This document shows positions 60,625 through 64,000 of a stretch of 64,000 nt of DNA, piece after piece; positions within the stretch are counted from its first letter, which is position 1; each line of letters starts with the position of its first letter. Where the stretch lies: the NCBI RefSeq assembly GCF_009834535.1, contig NC_045696.1, forward strand, positions 3,350,001-3,414,000, read 5' to 3'. The position numbers were made by a program, and so were the translations under genes. A model generated the notes under the pieces. That model was not told where the DNA came from and did not search any database. It worked only from the letters and a program-made list of their open reading frames with translations. The stretch comes from Camelus ferus (lineage: Eukaryota).

Positions 60625-61343
60625 GTGTCAACGGCACAAGCAGTTTATTCTACTCGTCCAGAGCTGCTCGTCCACAGCATTGCCTGTTGTGACTCTACAG
60701 CAACTCTTACTCGTAAATCAAAATACACCTCCCAGGTGCTCCGTACTAGTGGCTGTTGAGTACGTTCAACAAAATTAATCTCATGAATTAAAAACCATGA
60801 CCATGTTATGACTCTAAGTTCATCAAGGAAAAACACTATATTTCAGGTGCTGGCTAGCAAATACAATTCAGTCTGCTTTGGACAAAGTAAAACGCGTTAC
60901 CTGTCAGCATGGCGTAATGAAGAAAACTCTACATGAGGCTACTTAGATTCTGCACCCATTTCCTCATTAACTCACTTATTAACTCATGAGTTCACGTAAA
61001 TAACTCACCCATCCTTCTCTGGTTACTCACTGTGTCACGGGTACACAGTGCCTCAGCCCTGGTAAAATTATTTGTTTTAATATCTGTGAAAATGCTTGGA
61101 ACAATATAAACTAGTGATTATATATAGTGTTAATTCTACTTACTATAAAGATGTTCATATTACTAGGGTGCTTTGAGTCACTGCTGTGTAAATAAAAGCT
61201 ACATCCTGGTGATGCAAGAGATACGTTCAAGAGCATGGGCGTCTGCTCAGAAGAATGTCAACAATGTGTGTGTGGCTGATCGGCCTTTAAAAGAACTTCA
61301 GGTGCACTGCCAAATATTTTTGAAGGTGTGAAATATTATGCAT
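60625..61343 (-). other. Possible non-coding terminal exon (3'UTR) of the upstream neighbour gene; UMODL1 by human synteny
   Basis: AT-rich block with no repeat I recognise, bounded by a minus-strand acceptor (TTTGACGCTCTGTCAG| at 61344) and AATAAA at 60649-60644. Identity is inferred from gene order only; no coding match is seen. Confidence 0.25.
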
Positions 61344-63234
61344 CTGACAGAGCGTCAAACGGATGAATGGATGGATGGTTGGAAGGATGGGCAGGTGGTC
61401 AGTGATAGATGTAAACAGTGAGCCAAGCCAGGAGGGCACCTGGACCACTTAGGACAGTGAGAGTCTGGGAGCCCTGGGGGGTGATTTAGGTGATGGCAGA
61501 GCTGCATCTAAGCCTGGCTGGAAGATCCCTGTGCCTGCGGCTCCAGGCACCCCGCTCCCTGCCCGCACCTCCACCCTCCTCTCCCCCGCCCAGCGGTACT
61601 TCTTGTCTGGGACCCACACAGACGATGAGCTTCCTGCGGGCAGGCAGAGGCTGGGTTTTCACCGTCTCTGGGGCTCATCCAACCTCAGACTTGGGGTGGA
61701 GCCAGCTCGCATCAGTGCTTGCGTGAAGACTGGAGCTTGGTTCACAGCCACCTGTGTGGGGAGGGGGTCGCCTGGGTCAGTGTGCCTGCAGGAGAGGAGA
61801 GGTTCACGCGGGAAGCCCCGGAAGCATGGGCAGTGGAGGAGTACCACCACCCCCAGAGTGTGACCTCTGAGCTTGCTGGATGGTGAGAGACCGGGCCCAA
61901 GTCACACAGCAGCGACTCCCAGGAGGCACAGAGCAACGGGGACCGCGGGGCTGGGCTCTGGGCCTTGGTGGGTGCGGCGCCCACAGGTCAGCAGGGTGGC
62001 CACGCCTCGGGGCCTGGTGTCCTTGCACCCACCCGGACAGAGGCTCGTCCCACGCGGGGCCGACCTTGGGGATGTTTGTTTCACGTTTTCCAAAAAGCAA
62101 ACTTCTGCAGGAACTTGAGAACTAGCTCTAAATGCTCTTCATGTCGGAAAACAGAAACCGCAGGAGAAAAAGAAAAGACAAGGGGCCAGTTTTCCCTCTG
62201 ATGTTTTAATTCCCAGGAGGGGGCCTTCCGGCCTGGTCACGGCGCCCACACACCAGGTCTCCTCAGAAGGTTCGCGGGACGAGTGTTGGCCTCCCTGCTG
62301 GGACTCACATTTTAAATATTAAGTAAAACCCACTGGAAGTTCCCTGTGATTCTATGCAGGTAAGTGACTGGCCTCACGTGCTGGCCCTGGCCCAACCCTT
62401 CCCATCCCGGCTGTGAGGGCACCGAGGTCCTGGAACCAGGCACACGGGCGCCCTCGTGTCCTTGGGGCCAAGGGGCGGAGACAAGGTGAAGGCACCGTGT
62501 CTCCAGCATCTGCAGGACCAGCTCCTCGGGCAGCTGGCTTTTTCTCCGGTGACGACGAAATCACCCAGAAAGGGCGCTGCCGCGTGGAGAAGTGTGCTGT
62601 GACCCTGCCCTGCTGTGTGACTGGGATGGTTCACTGGAGCTCTCTGGGCCCAACTTCCTCATTTCAAGGATGAGGCCAGGGTTGACCACACTTTGTTGAG
62701 TTGTATCAAAGGTCTGTTATCTCGAGAGAATGAAGACGTGAACATGGGAGGGTGGTCTGGCTGGGGAAGCTGCCGGCCCAGGGAGGAGACGGGGACCTGG
62801 GCCAGCCGCTGCAGGGCCGTGTCCACGTGGCAGTGCCCTGACGGGGACAGGACTGAACAGGGTCAGTGAGTGGAAGGGTTTTCATGACCAAACCTTGTGG
62901 GCCCCCAACTGGACTAGAAGGCACCCCCCTGAGGCAGCTGGTAACTTTACTACTAAAGTTGAATTGAAGTTACCACTGCTCACCCCCTATTTGGAGCTCC
63001 AAGTGTGGCAGGGGACCCCAGCGGTAAGCAGCACCTGCCTCCCGGGAAGGCTCTTTCCTTCCGACCCCAACAGCCACTCCCTCCGCTGCTGGATGCCTGG
63101 TGCCCCACAGAGAGATCTGTGCACCCCTTAGCTAATTATCAAAATACAAATTCTCCCGTAAACGGAAAGGCCAAGGGGCAGCGCTCCCAATACCTGCCGG
63201 TCGCGCTCGCGCCAGCACGAGGGAGGCACTGTAG

Positions 63235-63430
63235 CTCGGCAGCTAAGAGAACGGACCCCAGATCCAAATCCCAAATCTGCCACTTCCCAGTCACATGCCC
63301 AGGGGTACATCTTCACCTCCTTGCCCAGATCCCCGTCTGAGAAATAGGGACAATAAAAACACGACGCCATGGGATTGTCGGGGCCCTGAACAAGGAAACG
63401 TTGGTGCGGTGCTTAGAACCCGTCACGTGA
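63235..63430 (+). mobile_element. MIR
   Basis: CAAATCCCAAATCTGCCACTTCCCAGT...TCTGAGAAATAGGGACAATAAAA...GGATTGT...GTGCTTAGAAC. Confidence 0.7.
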
Positions 63431-64000
63431 GGCTAATGTTAGTAGGATCACGGTTCCTCCCCTGAGAACGGCTTTGAGCAGGAGGTGAGGGAGACTCCAA
63501 TGAGACAAAGGGGTCAGGAAGGACATGGGGAGAGATCAGCTCAAGTCTGGGGGACAAGCCACTGGAATCTGGGGGCATTCCAGCTCTTCCAAGAGAGCGG
63601 GGCTCCAGCTCTACAGGGCAGAGCAGAGCACGCAGCCTCCGGGGCCCCGGGCTCTGCACAGAGAGGGCTGCAGGCACCGTGCGGGGGGGTGGGGCGGGGG
63701 AGGCAGCCGTGGGAATGCGCCCCAGGGCCTGCCCCCTCCCCATGTGGCCCTGCATGAGTCATTTCTGCGGGGTGCTGGCCCTTTTCCATCTGGAACTGCT
63801 GTGAAGCGGGCTCCCCCCGAGGATGGGCTTGTGCAGGGGGGCGAGAACAAAAGAAAACACACACCTAAACCCAGTCACCCACGGAGGAAACAGTCAACAA
63901 TGCGATCCTTGTTCAGGTGTGCCTCCTGAGATGATGCAGAGAAAGAACCCACAGATGAGGGCACAGATGGGGGCGCAGGTGAGGACCAGAGCCAGTCTCA

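Noticed and set aside
42400..64000. Many 100-200-aa Pro/Gly/Arg-rich ORFs; possible UMODL1 coding exons
   Set aside because: Typical of GC-rich non-coding DNA, present on all six frames with no domain signatures; no ZP, EGF, FN3 or transmembrane peptide recognised

Overview
Mammalian genomic DNA, most likely camelid (alpaca/llama/camel). That call is inferred from two tRNA-Ala-derived Vic-1-like SINEs, artiodactyl-type L1 3' tails, and no recognisable Alu, BovB/Bov-A or PRE-1 elements. The window holds the 5' end of ABCG1 on the minus strand: a CpG-island promoter, a (GCC)10 5'UTR repeat and the first coding exon MACLMAAFSVGTAM at 1223-1182. About 60 kb of upstream intergenic sequence follows, dominated by ancient L1s, young truncated L1 tails with target-site duplications (TSDs), ERV/MaLR solo LTRs, DNA-transposon relics, MIR/L2 and simple repeats. 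No other protein-coding exon is recognisable; the long ORFs are GC-rich noise or L1 remnants. A possible non-coding terminal exon near 60.6-61.3 kb could belong to the syntenic neighbour UMODL1 (inference only). I found no novel multi-gene system. The best leads are regulatory or evolutionary: an LXRE-consensus DR4 with AP-1, E-box and splice donors 21.5 kb upstream of ABCG1; a decayed counterpart of a human ABCG1 alternative first exon; a symmetric CCAAT/E-box/CCAAT orphan promoter module; a STAT5/GATA/NFI cluster; and an unexplained Gly-rich GC insert inside an old L1. Repeat family names and human isoform peptides come from recall, not from a database search.
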